Source: a virus
Lineage: Duplodnaviria > Caudoviricetes
Reading direction: 5' to 3' (one strand)
DNA: 64,000 bases
Virus record (IMG/VR): IMGVR_UViG_3300003937_000325
Position numbers and translations under genes: made by a program. Under the pieces are notes generated by a model. The model ran no database searches and was not told the origin of the DNA. It saw only the letters and a list, made by a program, of their open reading frames with translations. Shown piece by piece: positions 47,135-56,935 of the stretch (its first letter is position 1; each line of letters starts with the position of its first letter).

Positions 47135-47737
47135 TTATGAAAGCATATTATCTCTAATGTCTTTCAACTTTAATTCCATTTTGGAATTAACGTCCCCTAT
47201 AACAGGCTTCAACTTATCGACAAATGTGTCTTCAAGTTTTTTGACCATATCTGAGTTGTCTGTACTCACCATTGAATATTTACTACCCATATCTTCGGAG
47301 TATGCTTGAGATATTTTCTGAGCCAAAAATCTTGGGTCATTAAATAATTCCGATACTTCGTCCATTTCAGTGTTACCTATAGCACTAACTAATATTTCTT
47401 GTTCAATATCAGTAAGTTGTAACTTACTTTTTAAGTATTCAGCCAATTTTTCTTTAACTATGTCAAGAAAACGAGGACCTTCCTCATCAAACATTTGACT
47501 TAATACTTGAACCATATTTTCATTAATTACTTTCTGGTTAATACCATGAGACTTTAATGTTCTCACTTCATTAAACAGTACATTAAACGTTTTATTATTT
47601 TGTATTGTGGAGTGTTTATTTATATTTTTAGGTACCATAGAGAATCTACCTTTAACTATTTTTTCTTCAGTTAATGATACCTTTTTTTCTTCTTGTAAAA
47701 TTTGAATGTTTCTTCTTATTGAATCTTGTATACCCAT
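47135..47737 (-). CDS. Hypothetical helical protein
   Basis: Last gene of a four-gene late operon; the likely start is ATG 47737. Confidence 0.7.
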   Translation of the reverse strand: MGIQDSIRRNIQILQEEKKVSLTEEKIVKGRFSMVPKNINKHSTIQNNKTFNVLFNEVRTLKSHGINQKVINENMVQVLSQMFDEEGPRFLDIVKEKLAEYLKSKLQLTDIEQEILVSAIGNTEMDEVSELFNDPRFLAQKISQAYSEDMGSKYSMVSTDNSDMVKKLEDTFVDKLKPVIGDVNSKMELKLKDIRDNMLS

Positions 47738-47741
47738 TTTA

Positions 47742-49154
47742 TTAATCTTGTTTTTTCCAAACATGAAACGATTCTGTAAATTCAGAGCTTTTCACTTTTG
47801 TCTTTTTATAGTTTGAGTCTTCAACAGGTCTCTTAAATAAATATCCCTGACCTTTAAGTTTTTCTAATATCTCTTTTTGTTTTTTTGTAAAATCATTACC
47901 AACCTCATCAGAACTAACCAAAGATGCTAAACCTTTAAGTTCTTTTTGTTTCATAACCTCCTCATAAGGTTCTTCTTTAACTGGTTGATTAACCACTAAT
48001 TTAGGTTCTTTGACCTCAACCTCTTTTTTAAATTCAATATCTTTATTGATATCTCCTTTAACTATTTCAAAATCCCTATCATCAGGTCCATCGTTATTTT
48101 TAATTGAGAAGTACTGTGTCCCTACAAGACCACCTAATCCTTTTTCCTCACCAAACCCTAAATTAACATTAGAATCTTTTGGGTATGAACCCAATTTAAT
48201 TAGTTGACCATCTTCTTTATCAGAACCCTTAGCTCTTACTACGGCCATAACAAAACCTCTATCACCAACAATATTTTGACTATGTAAGTCTTTTAAATGT
48301 TGTTCGATATCTCTTTTATCTTGTAAATCAAATATTACTCTTTCTTTACCTTTTTCTGAAACAGTATAAAAATATATGTCTCTTAATTTTTCTTCTATTT
48401 TGTCTGATATTGATTTCATTTCTTTTTGTTCAAATATTTTATTTTCATGTAAAGATGTTGTGAAGTATTCTGTTAGTTTAATCCATCCCGGTTGACCACC
48501 CGCTTTTTCGTCATCATAAAAAAACCATTCACCATTTTCTTTCTTTAATTTAAATGGTTTATATTTACCATTTTCAACTCTACTTTCACCCTGAAAAAAT
48601 AATTCACCATTATTATCAAATAACGAGTCTTTAATTATTTTAGGTTGAGTATCACCTGATATATTTTTCCATATTGGAAAATCATCTATAATGGCACTTT
48701 TTTTAAATCCAGTACATATACCACCACCTTCTATTACGGGTTTACACAATTTTAATGTCGCTTTGGTTGACGTTAAACTACCTTCACTGTCGGTACATCT
48801 AATACAAAAATTAGATTTCCAATTAGTAGTTGGGGAATTATCGTTACCACCATTATCATCATTATCATCATTGTCATCATTATCGTTATTTGATTGTTCA
48901 CCTACATTCTCAATTCCCGTACATGTAAAAGTCCTAACCTCTCCAGAGGTATTACTAGCAATGGTCATGTTCGGATAAATAGTATAATCCTTATCACTTG
49001 CTGTTGTTACCTTAATTACATCTTCGGTCCCATCTTTTGTGATTTCAAACTTTTTAGCATTACCCTTTCTAAATATCTGTGGTAGACATTCTTTATCACG
49101 AATGTACTCTAATCTTTGAATGTTAATACTTTTTTCTTCGTTTAGTTGTTTCAT
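47742..49154 (-). CDS. Hypothetical protein (470 aa)
   Basis: MKQLNE start; paired Cys residues; NDD low-complexity linker. Confidence 0.7.
   Translation of the reverse strand: MKQLNEEKSINIQRLEYIRDKECLPQIFRKGNAKKFEITKDGTEDVIKVTTASDKDYTIYPNMTIASNTSGEVRTFTCTGIENVGEQSNNDNDDNDDNDDNGGNDNSPTTNWKSNFCIRCTDSEGSLTSTKATLKLCKPVIEGGGICTGFKKSAIIDDFPIWKNISGDTQPKIIKDSLFDNNGELFFQGESRVENGKYKPFKLKKENGEWFFYDDEKAGGQPGWIKLTEYFTTSLHENKIFEQKEMKSISDKIEEKLRDIYFYTVSEKGKERVIFDLQDKRDIEQHLKDLHSQNIVGDRGFVMAVVRAKGSDKEDGQLIKLGSYPKDSNVNLGFGEEKGLGGLVGTQYFSIKNNDGPDDRDFEIVKGDINKDIEFKKEVEVKEPKLVVNQPVKEEPYEEVMKQKELKGLASLVSSDEVGNDFTKKQKEILEKLKGQGYLFKRPVEDSNYKKTKVKSSEFTESFHVWKKQD
48841..48890. repeat. 9-bp coding microrepeat (N-D-D)
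   Basis: ATTATCATC/ATTGTCATC units encoding NDNDDNDDNDDNGGND. Confidence 0.65.
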
Positions 49155-49165
49155 AATATTATTTT

Positions 49166-51040
49166 TTAAAAGTCTTCATTCTCTAATGGTTTAACTATAT
49201 TACCACCTTCTAACTCGTTTTCGATTTTTTCCATTTCTGCTTTCATTTCATCAAGTTCCCCCTCCAAACCACCAATAAAACTATCTTGTTTTGTTGGTGA
49301 ACTTAAAACTTGTTCAGATTCAACAAGTAAATTAACTACATTCATTACAAAACCAGGGTCCAATGTTGCCAACTCCAAAAGAAACATACCCCCTTCGTCA
49401 TCAGTATCTATTTTATTACCGGCAAAAGGTATAGCTTGTTTTATTATTTCTTCAAAAAGATTTTTATCATCGTCAAGTTCTTCAATACCTCTATGCCACA
49501 ATGCCCAATTAATTGCCCATTTGTTTATTCCAGTCGCATCCGTTAAAAATCTACACGCCTCAATTTTTTTAGCTATTTGATTTTTTCTACTTTCCATTTT
49601 TTGTCTTGTGGTATCCCCCTTAACCTCAAGATTTTTCGTACACGCTTTAAAGTCATCCCTTTTGAGCCAACTCATTGCTGCTCCGCCAAGGACAGGTACT
49701 ATACTCAAGACTAAGTTAATTTTAAAAGAGTTTAATATCACATCTCTAACATACGCGACCTTTGCAGATTTAGGCCCATAGTTGTCTATTAATTTTTTGT
49801 AATTTTTTTTACTTTTTCCCCATGGGAAACCTCTTTTAGAACCTGAAAGAAACAAATTCGAAATATTAGCTCTAATTTTCTGTCTGAGGACTTTATCAGA
49901 TTCAGCTACTCCCTTTATGGCCTTAATAGGGTTAACACTTTCGTCGCCCCAAAACTTAAATACTGAAAAAAAGTCATCTGTAATACCTTTCCAAAATTGT
50001 TCCCAAGCGGGTACATGTTTTGCGGTCTTACCCCATAGTTTATAAAAATCCCAACCACCGTCTGTTTCTTTAGTTAATGACTTCCAAACTCTTTTGAATT
50101 CTGGGTCTTTTGATGCTACATCATCCAAATAGTTTTTAATCGACACAAATTCATTATTACTTTTCTTATAAAGTGTCTCCATCTCTTTTTTTAATTGAGT
50201 ATCTAATTTACCATAAAGATTTGTATTGGTTGTCTTTGTTCTTGCCGCGGCTATCTTTTTAATTTTATTAGCTCTCTCGTCAACAATACCGGCCAATTCT
50301 TTTAATCTTTTACTTATTTCAAGGTTAAAAGTCCTTTTAGGGTTAGCTAAAATTAATATTTCTTCGTCTGACAGAGATTCTTTGACTTTTTTCCATTTTG
50401 AACTATCAAATATATCGGATACCTTAGTTCCATCTTTCAAAGTCATTGAATTTTTTTCAGGTATTTTACTACTAGCCACTTTAAGTGTCTCATCTGCGGT
50501 TTTTACTAAATCGGCAACTTCCTTAGATATCTTAGACATTAACGAGTCAGGTACTATATTACTATTTTTAATCGTTACCATTACATCTTTCATGACCGTA
50601 TCATAAGCGTCCTGAAGACTAAGACCCTTTTCTTTTATTAAGTTTTTTATTGCGGTATCGGCATCCGTAACTAATTTACCAAGACTCTCATATAATTTTT
50701 CAGAGTTAAATATTGAATCAACAAGTTTTTCATAGACCTTAGGGTCTGTTTTTTTAGAAAGTTCTAATACATTATCAACACTCTGTTTTAATGTTGTTGT
50801 GTTATCAGTTAAATCTTTCATTTCTTTTTTAAGTAAAGTGGATAACTCATCTGAAACTTTAACTCCTCCAATAACTATTTCATCAGCAGCTGATTTTACT
50901 ATTAAAGAAGGGTCTACATTCTTACCTGCCTTTACACCCATCATCAATAAATCATCCCAAAACGATTCATTTATAATGAATTTTAAACCCATTATATCTT
51001 GTATTCTACTAACTTCAGTTATTATTTTTTTATTCTTCAT
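49166..51040 (-). CDS. Hypothetical protein (624 aa) with leader and one hydrophobic helix
   Basis: MKNKKIITEVSRIQDIMG...IINE; INLVLSIVPVLGGAAMSWL. Confidence 0.7.
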   Translation of the reverse strand: MKNKKIITEVSRIQDIMGLKFIINESFWDDLLMMGVKAGKNVDPSLIVKSAADEIVIGGVKVSDELSTLLKKEMKDLTDNTTTLKQSVDNVLELSKKTDPKVYEKLVDSIFNSEKLYESLGKLVTDADTAIKNLIKEKGLSLQDAYDTVMKDVMVTIKNSNIVPDSLMSKISKEVADLVKTADETLKVASSKIPEKNSMTLKDGTKVSDIFDSSKWKKVKESLSDEEILILANPKRTFNLEISKRLKELAGIVDERANKIKKIAAARTKTTNTNLYGKLDTQLKKEMETLYKKSNNEFVSIKNYLDDVASKDPEFKRVWKSLTKETDGGWDFYKLWGKTAKHVPAWEQFWKGITDDFFSVFKFWGDESVNPIKAIKGVAESDKVLRQKIRANISNLFLSGSKRGFPWGKSKKNYKKLIDNYGPKSAKVAYVRDVILNSFKINLVLSIVPVLGGAAMSWLKRDDFKACTKNLEVKGDTTRQKMESRKNQIAKKIEACRFLTDATGINKWAINWALWHRGIEELDDDKNLFEEIIKQAIPFAGNKIDTDDEGGMFLLELATLDPGFVMNVVNLLVESEQVLSSPTKQDSFIGGLEGELDEMKAEMEKIENELEGGNIVKPLENEDF

Positions 51041-52763
51041 TTTCTTGTTTTTTTAATATTTCTTCCATTTTTGCTATGGTATCTTCACCAACCACACCAT
51101 CAAATCCTTCACCACCAAGATAATCTAGTTGGAATTCATAAACGGCACTTGACGTATCTGGCCCAAAATCCGCGTCTGGTTTATCACTTAAATAAACTTT
51201 ATTTTCGTTATCTTTAGTTTTTATTTTATTTAATAATGTTTGAACGTATTTCGTGGAGACCCCCTTGTCCCCTTCTTGGATGGTACCCGTTCCATTTCTC
51301 AACATTTTAACGGTTATGTTATGACCACTTCTAAATGAAATGGTATCCTTTAAACTACTTCCAAGTTTATCTAAATCTATTTTTTCTGCGTCGGTTGGAC
51401 CCTTAGTATATGAAGCTATAAGCCCCCCACCTTCTTCAGTATTAGGAATTTCTTTTATTGATTTTTCAATCGCACCTTTAATTTTATCGATACCGTTTGT
51501 ATTTTCAGTTCCGTCCTCATTCCAAACTAAACTCCAAAGACCTTTACCCATTAATTTAAGGACCTCACCTATACCTTCATCATATGCCATATCCATTATT
51601 GCTCCATAATCTGAACCTATTTGTTTTGAAGTTCCGTCAGGTAGTTCTGCAATAAAATTTCTCATTCTTCTTCTCTTTTCCTCGCCAAGAGATTTACCGA
51701 CACTGTAGGCCAACCAAATTTGGTCAAATGTATATGTAAGACCCACAGCTAAACCTAATCCTTTAGATAACTTCGCTAACGCATATAATTGTTTACCAAG
51801 AGGTAACTTAAGTAACATTGACTTTGCTTTTAGTACCGAGTATTTAAGTGTTTCTTTAGACAATAATGAAGCATTTTTTATACTCGCCTTTCTAAAAATT
51901 AGATATTTTTCTAAATCGGCTTTAGGTAAATTTTCTAAACCTTTTTCACTCACATTCTTTATTATTTTTACCATATCGTCAGGTGCACCTGCAACTTCTT
52001 GTAAAACCTTTAATTCGTACTTACCTAAACCTTTAAACATTTTAATTACCTTAAAAAATTCATCACCTGGTATTACAGCTAAAGCTCCTGCCATTCCAGC
52101 TGAATAATAATCTCTTTCCTCTATGTAAAGATACGCGTCTGCAAGGGCTACACCACCTGCGGCTACTAATGAAACAGTACTTACAGTACCTAAAGCTACT
52201 GCTACAGAACCTCCAGCGGTAAAAGGTGCCGCGGCAATCGCAGCAACAAAACCTAACCCAATAAGTCCCATTTCTAAATAACCTAACGTCTCATGAGTAC
52301 CTCTATTTTCGGCTTTAGGTCCATAAAAAGAACTCCAATCATTCCAATCCATATCATAAATTTCATCTAAGTACTTATCACTACTACAATAAACTGTTGT
52401 ATTTGATGTACAATCACAAGATTTTACTTTACCACATAATTTTACAACGGCTCTTTCAGACTTGTATGGTAAGTAGTATTTACCATTTTTACCACTTTTA
52501 CGAGGTTCTTGAGGTTCTTCATTGGTAATATATAGTGACATTTCATCGTCAAGTTGTTCAGCTTCAGTTTTCTCTTTCGGTTTGGATTTTTTAGTCTTAT
52601 TAGGGCCGGGAATCTTTGTTCCTGTTATCGATGTAGTACCTGGTTTACCAATATTACGTGTCCAAGCTGGGTCTTGTTCCATTAAAGTCTTAGACCTATC
52701 GTAGTTCATTAAAACAACAATTTGTTTTAATTCTTCCGTTATTATTTTATTATTGTTATCCAT
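51030..52763 (-). CDS. Membrane-inserting-type protein with a C-terminal peptidoglycan-binding domain
   Basis: Gly/Ala-rich hydrophobic hairpin GLIGLGFVAAIAAAPFTAGGSVAVALG; PG_binding_1-like QEGDKG..TKYVQTLL...DADFGPDT..AV.EFQ...DGVVGEDT. Confidence 0.7.
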   Translation of the reverse strand: MDNNNKIITEELKQIVVLMNYDRSKTLMEQDPAWTRNIGKPGTTSITGTKIPGPNKTKKSKPKEKTEAEQLDDEMSLYITNEEPQEPRKSGKNGKYYLPYKSERAVVKLCGKVKSCDCTSNTTVYCSSDKYLDEIYDMDWNDWSSFYGPKAENRGTHETLGYLEMGLIGLGFVAAIAAAPFTAGGSVAVALGTVSTVSLVAAGGVALADAYLYIEERDYYSAGMAGALAVIPGDEFFKVIKMFKGLGKYELKVLQEVAGAPDDMVKIIKNVSEKGLENLPKADLEKYLIFRKASIKNASLLSKETLKYSVLKAKSMLLKLPLGKQLYALAKLSKGLGLAVGLTYTFDQIWLAYSVGKSLGEEKRRRMRNFIAELPDGTSKQIGSDYGAIMDMAYDEGIGEVLKLMGKGLWSLVWNEDGTENTNGIDKIKGAIEKSIKEIPNTEEGGGLIASYTKGPTDAEKIDLDKLGSSLKDTISFRSGHNITVKMLRNGTGTIQEGDKGVSTKYVQTLLNKIKTKDNENKVYLSDKPDADFGPDTSSAVYEFQLDYLGGEGFDGVVGEDTIAKMEEILKKQENEE

Positions 52764-52769
52764 TACTTT

Positions 52770-52776
52770 ATAAATA
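52770..52776 (-). promoter_or_regulatory. Late motif TATTTAT (four-gene operon 52763-47135)
   Basis: 6 nt before ATG 52763. Confidence 0.6.
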
Positions 52777-52778
52777 TG

Positions 52779-53450
52779 TTAATTAAGGGGATTTGACTTA
52801 CCTCTACTTATTCCTGTTTCCCACGTACCTGTGGAATCAATATGATTACCCTTACCTCTATTAACACCACTGTTCCATACTGCTACAGTTAATGTGTTAG
52901 CGGGACCTCTACTTATTCCCGTTTCCCATGTTGTAACATTGGCATTTGTTGATGAGGAATCAGCCTCTCCACCACCGTCTTCTTGTTCTCCCATCTCTTC
53001 TTTGTCACCATAGATTTCAGGGTCTTTTAATCCGTATTTTTTAATCATCTCACCAGCAACTGAATTTGCCTCATCTTCAATAGGTCCACCAACGTTGGAT
53101 ACCTTACCTTCAAGGTCCCCTTTTTCATTTTGCATGTGATGTACTAACTCATGAGCGATAGAACGTAAAACGTCTACCAATGCCCTTCCTAAGGTAAAGA
53201 CTCTTATTTCAGAATCCTCAAATTTCTCATCTTCACCGTCTTTGTACTTATAAACTGCGGTTGTCTTAATTCCGTCTTTATCATTTTGAAGTTTAACTTC
53301 AACGTCATTATTGATGTTAAGTTCTTTTTTTACGAAATCGACAAAATCATCAATGGTCTTTTTCTCTGAGGAATCAAATTGTGATTCGCCTTCAGATATG
53401 ATACCCATGATTCCTTTTATTCGTGATATTTCATTTATTAAGTGACCCAT
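52779..53450 (-). CDS. HExxH zincin-like protein with leader and C-terminal W-x-[TS]-G-x2-RG repeats
   Basis: SIAHELVHHMQ...EDEANSVAG; leader MGHLINEISRIKGIMGIISE. Confidence 0.7.
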   Translation of the reverse strand: MGHLINEISRIKGIMGIISEGESQFDSSEKKTIDDFVDFVKKELNINNDVEVKLQNDKDGIKTTAVYKYKDGEDEKFEDSEIRVFTLGRALVDVLRSIAHELVHHMQNEKGDLEGKVSNVGGPIEDEANSVAGEMIKKYGLKDPEIYGDKEEMGEQEDGGGEADSSSTNANVTTWETGISRGPANTLTVAVWNSGVNRGKGNHIDSTGTWETGISRGKSNPLN

Positions 53451-53486
53451 AATTCAATAAATATTATAAAAAAGCATTATCTTCCA

Positions 53487-53515
53487 TTGCAGTTAAATAA
53501 AAAGGCTTATCTTTG
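53487..53515 (+). promoter_or_regulatory. Bacteroidota sigma70 promoter (lipoprotein)
   Basis: TTGC-N17-TATCTTTG. Confidence 0.6.
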
Positions 53516-53539
53516 TATTAAATAAAATACATAAACATT

Positions 53540-54019
53540 ATGAAAAATATACTATTCCTTTTATCTTTACTCATCACATTAGTTGGATGTGAGAAATACG
53601 AACTAGAAACTTACCCTACATTAGATGGTACATACCTTGTTAGTTTTATTAGACACGATGGTGTCAATACCTATGAAGGGTACGATGAAAATAACACAAC
53701 ATATGATGGTATGGTATCTACAACTATTGGTGATTTAAATGTTGGTACTGAAAAGGTTTCATTTAGTGGTAGAACTTTCTACAAAGGTTATCAAGTAACT
53801 CAAGGAAGTGATGATTGGACCGAATCATATTACTGTGAAGTGATTCAAGGAATCGATGGTTATTGGGATGATTTATTGATTGATTATGACGGACTCCCAA
53901 GGAACTTTATAATTGAAGAAGATGGTTTAGAACATTTGGTACTAAAATTTCCTAATCAACACTTGAATAATGGTGAAAATGTTAATATGTGGATTAGACT
54001 CTCAAGAGTAGGTCCTTAA
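53540..54019 (+). CDS. Lipoprotein
   Basis: Lipobox LVGC followed by acidic residues EKYELE; host-type promoter upstream. Confidence 0.75.
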   Translation: MKNILFLLSLLITLVGCEKYELETYPTLDGTYLVSFIRHDGVNTYEGYDENNTTYDGMVSTTIGDLNVGTEKVSFSGRTFYKGYQVTQGSDDWTESYYCEVIQGIDGYWDDLLIDYDGLPRNFIIEEDGLEHLVLKFPNQHLNNGENVNMWIRLSRVGP

Positions 54020-54024
54020 ATAGA

Positions 54025-54048
54025 AAAAGTGGTCAATCGACCACTTTT
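54025..54048. terminator. Bidirectional terminator
   Basis: AAAAGTGGTC-AATC-GACCACTTTT. Confidence 0.8.
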
Positions 54049-54547
54049 ACTTTTTTAATATGTTTTGAACGTGTCTTATATTTCTAATAAACTTTTCAGG
54101 GTTTTCTTTTGCCCATTCCTTAATAGATTCGGGTAGTTTGGATTTTTTTAATTCTTCCATCACGACAACACTTAGATTCCTTTCTTTACCTCCATTAGAC
54201 TCAACCATAACGTCACCTAACGACATTAATAAGTCTCTCTTAAGTTTAGGTGTCTCAGCGGAGAAAGTTATTGAGAACTCATTATTTTCGGCCCACGACC
54301 TTAAATCTTTTAAGTTTAAAAACTTTTTCTCTTCAAAAGGGAATTTTTTTAATAACCTGTCAGGTGAAGTGTAAATACCATATATTTTCATACTAGGACT
54401 AACTAATAAAGTTATTTTGTGTTCATCCATCCCAAAGAAAACGGGTTTCTTTAAGAAGATTTTACCTAATAATCTATTAATAAGTTCAACCATAGAAGAA
54501 CCCTGAGATTTTTCATTATCGTTATGTGGTGTAAAATTTCCTGACAT
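54047..54547 (-). CDS. Hypothetical protein
   Basis: 166-aa ORF with the late motif 4 nt before its ATG. Confidence 0.7.
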   Translation of the reverse strand: MSGNFTPHNDNEKSQGSSMVELINRLLGKIFLKKPVFFGMDEHKITLLVSPSMKIYGIYTSPDRLLKKFPFEEKKFLNLKDLRSWAENNEFSITFSAETPKLKRDLLMSLGDVMVESNGGKERNLSVVVMEELKKSKLPESIKEWAKENPEKFIRNIRHVQNILKK

Positions 54548-54561
54548 AACTATAAATAGTC

Positions 54562-54879
54562 TTAATTATATTCTTCTTCAGGTTTTCTATCAGGAAAAAC
54601 AATATAATATTCATTTAAAAATGATAACAACTCATCTTCATCAATAAATTGTTCATCAACCTCTTCTACCTCATCATTCCATGTTTCCATACCATCAAAA
54701 TCCATGTCATAGTCATCAAAAATATCTGTAGTCATATCAATATTATATCCAAACTCTTCAACATAATGATATTCAATAGTATCGGATACAATATTATCAT
54801 TGTTTAACACTTGAAACTCGACTTTTAGTATATTATTACTTTTATTTATATATGAACTTATAATTTCTATAATTTCCAT
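54562..54879 (-). CDS. Highly acidic small protein A
   Basis: 105 aa, about 31 D/E versus 4 K/R. Confidence 0.75.
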   Translation of the reverse strand: MEIIEIISSYINKSNNILKVEFQVLNNDNIVSDTIEYHYVEEFGYNIDMTTDIFDDYDMDFDGMETWNDEVEEVDEQFIDEDELLSFLNEYYIVFPDRKPEEEYN

Positions 54880-54926
54880 TTCCTTAATTAAATAAATCGT
54901 TTATTTTATATACAAATATCTAAAAA

Positions 54927-55244
54927 ATGACAAAACACCTAATAGAACTACTTGATTATGATTTTATTGACGGAACATTAAACATAATGTTTTCACTAAA
55001 TAATGAAGAAGGATACAGAGAAATAGAAATTTGTGAAGGAGACTTCTCAGATTATATTGAATCAATAGGAAATTTAGAAGTATTTAGTGACGAATGGGAT
55101 TACGCGACAGAAAGTCATTACACCAAAGATTGGGTCATATCATATGATGAGTATATTGAGGATTATTTAGAGAAGAATGATTTACTAGAATTTATTATTG
55201 ACTACTTTTCAGATAAGGATTATCCTGAACTAATAATAGAATAA
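54927..55244 (+). CDS. Highly acidic small protein B (apparent distant paralog of A)
   Basis: 105 aa, about 30 D/E versus 5 K/R. Confidence 0.75.
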   Translation: MTKHLIELLDYDFIDGTLNIMFSLNNEEGYREIEICEGDFSDYIESIGNLEVFSDEWDYATESHYTKDWVISYDEYIEDYLEKNDLLEFIIDYFSDKDYPELIIE

Positions 55245-55247
55245 TAC

Positions 55248-55826
55248 ATGAGAGTTAATACATTAATAATTGATGATTTCTATATCAATCCTGATGAGGT
55301 AAGAGAATACGCCTTAACTCAAGATTTTGATGTAGATGGTAATTACCCTGGTCATCGTACAGTCTCACATTTAGATGACGACTTAAAAGATAGTTTACAG
55401 AATTTAGTAGAACCATTTGCAGGTAAAATCACATATTGGGGAGGAGACTATTCAGGTAGTTTTCAATACACAACATCAGAAGACCGTTCTTGGATACATT
55501 CAGATAGTACCACAGGATGGGCAGCAGTATTATACTTAACTCCAGACGCACCTGTAAGTTCAGGTACTGGATTATATAAACATAAAGAAACAGGTCTTTG
55601 CGGTTGGGATAATAGTAAATATACTGAGGAAGAGACTTCGTTAGCCCCTCATATGTCAGAAGCCAGAGATTATACTAAATGGGACTTAGTCGATAGATTA
55701 GGTAATAAATTTAATCGTTTAGTAATGTATCGTTCAGATAACTATCACGTATCAATGGATTACTTTGGTAAAGATAAGTATGATGGTAGATTGTTTCAGG
55801 TATTCTTTTTTACAACTGAATACTAA
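55248..55826 (+). CDS. 2OG-Fe(II) oxygenase, DUF6445-like
   Basis: IIDDFY.NPD.VR, WIHSD, VLYLTPD and NRLVMYRSDNYH. Confidence 0.8.
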   Translation: MRVNTLIIDDFYINPDEVREYALTQDFDVDGNYPGHRTVSHLDDDLKDSLQNLVEPFAGKITYWGGDYSGSFQYTTSEDRSWIHSDSTTGWAAVLYLTPDAPVSSGTGLYKHKETGLCGWDNSKYTEEETSLAPHMSEARDYTKWDLVDRLGNKFNRLVMYRSDNYHVSMDYFGKDKYDGRLFQVFFFTTEY

Positions 55827-55840
55827 TTATAAATTAAAAT

Positions 55841-56557
55841 ATGAAAGATTTAATTAACCCTAATTTAGACTTAAAAAAAATACATAAATCCTTTAAAGAG
55901 AAGGGTTATGTTGTTATAGATAACTACTTAAAAGATGAAGTCGCTGAAAATTTAAATAATTTCTTTAGTTATGAAATGCCCACCGATTGGTGGTCAATAG
56001 CTACGTTTCCGTCTAAAAATATTAATGGAGTTAGTTATTTTAGAAATACACCTGAAGAATACAATAACATACAGAAAGCAAGACAATACTCCACAGACTC
56101 TTTTGGTAGAAACGAATTTTCATATTCTTTTCATCGAACTTTAGATAATCATTTTGATGATTGTGATTGTACCGAATGTCAGATTAGAAAGTTTTTGGAT
56201 GGTAATGAATCTCACGACTTAGTCTCAAAAGTAACTGATTTAACAATTACGGGCTCTAATGAGGTTTTCGCTGCTTGTTATGTTCCTGGTGATTTTTTAT
56301 CACCACATCAAGATAGTCCTAATGGCATTATCGGATTCGTTTTACAGTTAACTAAAGATTGGAAACCTGAATATGGTGGATTACTACATTTTTTAAATGA
56401 TGATGGGGATGTTGTTGAAAATGTTGAAACACCTAAATTTAATAGTTTAACACTATTCTTACTACCTGAAGATAAAGGTAAACTACATTATGTTTCCCAC
56501 GTAAACCCAGGAACACCTGAGATACGATTATCCCTCACTGGTTGGTATAGGAATTAA
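55841..56557 (+). CDS. 2OG-Fe(II) oxygenase (prolyl-hydroxylase-like)
   Basis: LSPHQD, YGGLLHF, PKFNSL, HYVSHV and RLSLTGW. Confidence 0.85.
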   Translation: MKDLINPNLDLKKIHKSFKEKGYVVIDNYLKDEVAENLNNFFSYEMPTDWWSIATFPSKNINGVSYFRNTPEEYNNIQKARQYSTDSFGRNEFSYSFHRTLDNHFDDCDCTECQIRKFLDGNESHDLVSKVTDLTITGSNEVFAACYVPGDFLSPHQDSPNGIIGFVLQLTKDWKPEYGGLLHFLNDDGDVVENVETPKFNSLTLFLLPEDKGKLHYVSHVNPGTPEIRLSLTGWYRN

Positions 56558-56935
56558 TTCGGGGTGTAAGTCAAAAACCATTTTTATTAATGTTTCTAAA
56601 CAGTAACATTCCTTACCTGATTGGTCGTAAATTAATTGACCATCCACCACACTAATTATTCTAGGGTTAAATTGGTGATGTTTGTAATCCCATATTATAC
56701 TATCGTTCAACCCAAAATATTCCATAATTTTTGGATTTTCATTTATAGTGGTTTGGAAAAATACTACTTCAGGAAATTCGTCATTTAAATTTTTATTTAC
56801 ACTTTCTATTTTATCATTAAAAGGTTTAATACTTAAAGTGGAGTCTTCTTGACCTTCCTTAAATAAAAACCATATAATCTTATGGTGTTTAGTTATGTGT
56901 TCAAATAGATTATTATCGTTTACGTTATATACCAT
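56528..56935 (-). CDS. Thioredoxin-like fold protein without CxxC
   Basis: Alternating beta/alpha pattern with ENPKIMEYFG and PRIISVVDGQL; no WCxxC. Confidence 0.45.
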   Translation of the reverse strand: MVYNVNDNNLFEHITKHHKIIWFLFKEGQEDSTLSIKPFNDKIESVNKNLNDEFPEVVFFQTTINENPKIMEYFGLNDSIIWDYKHHQFNPRIISVVDGQLIYDQSGKECYCLETLIKMVFDLHPELIPIPTSEG

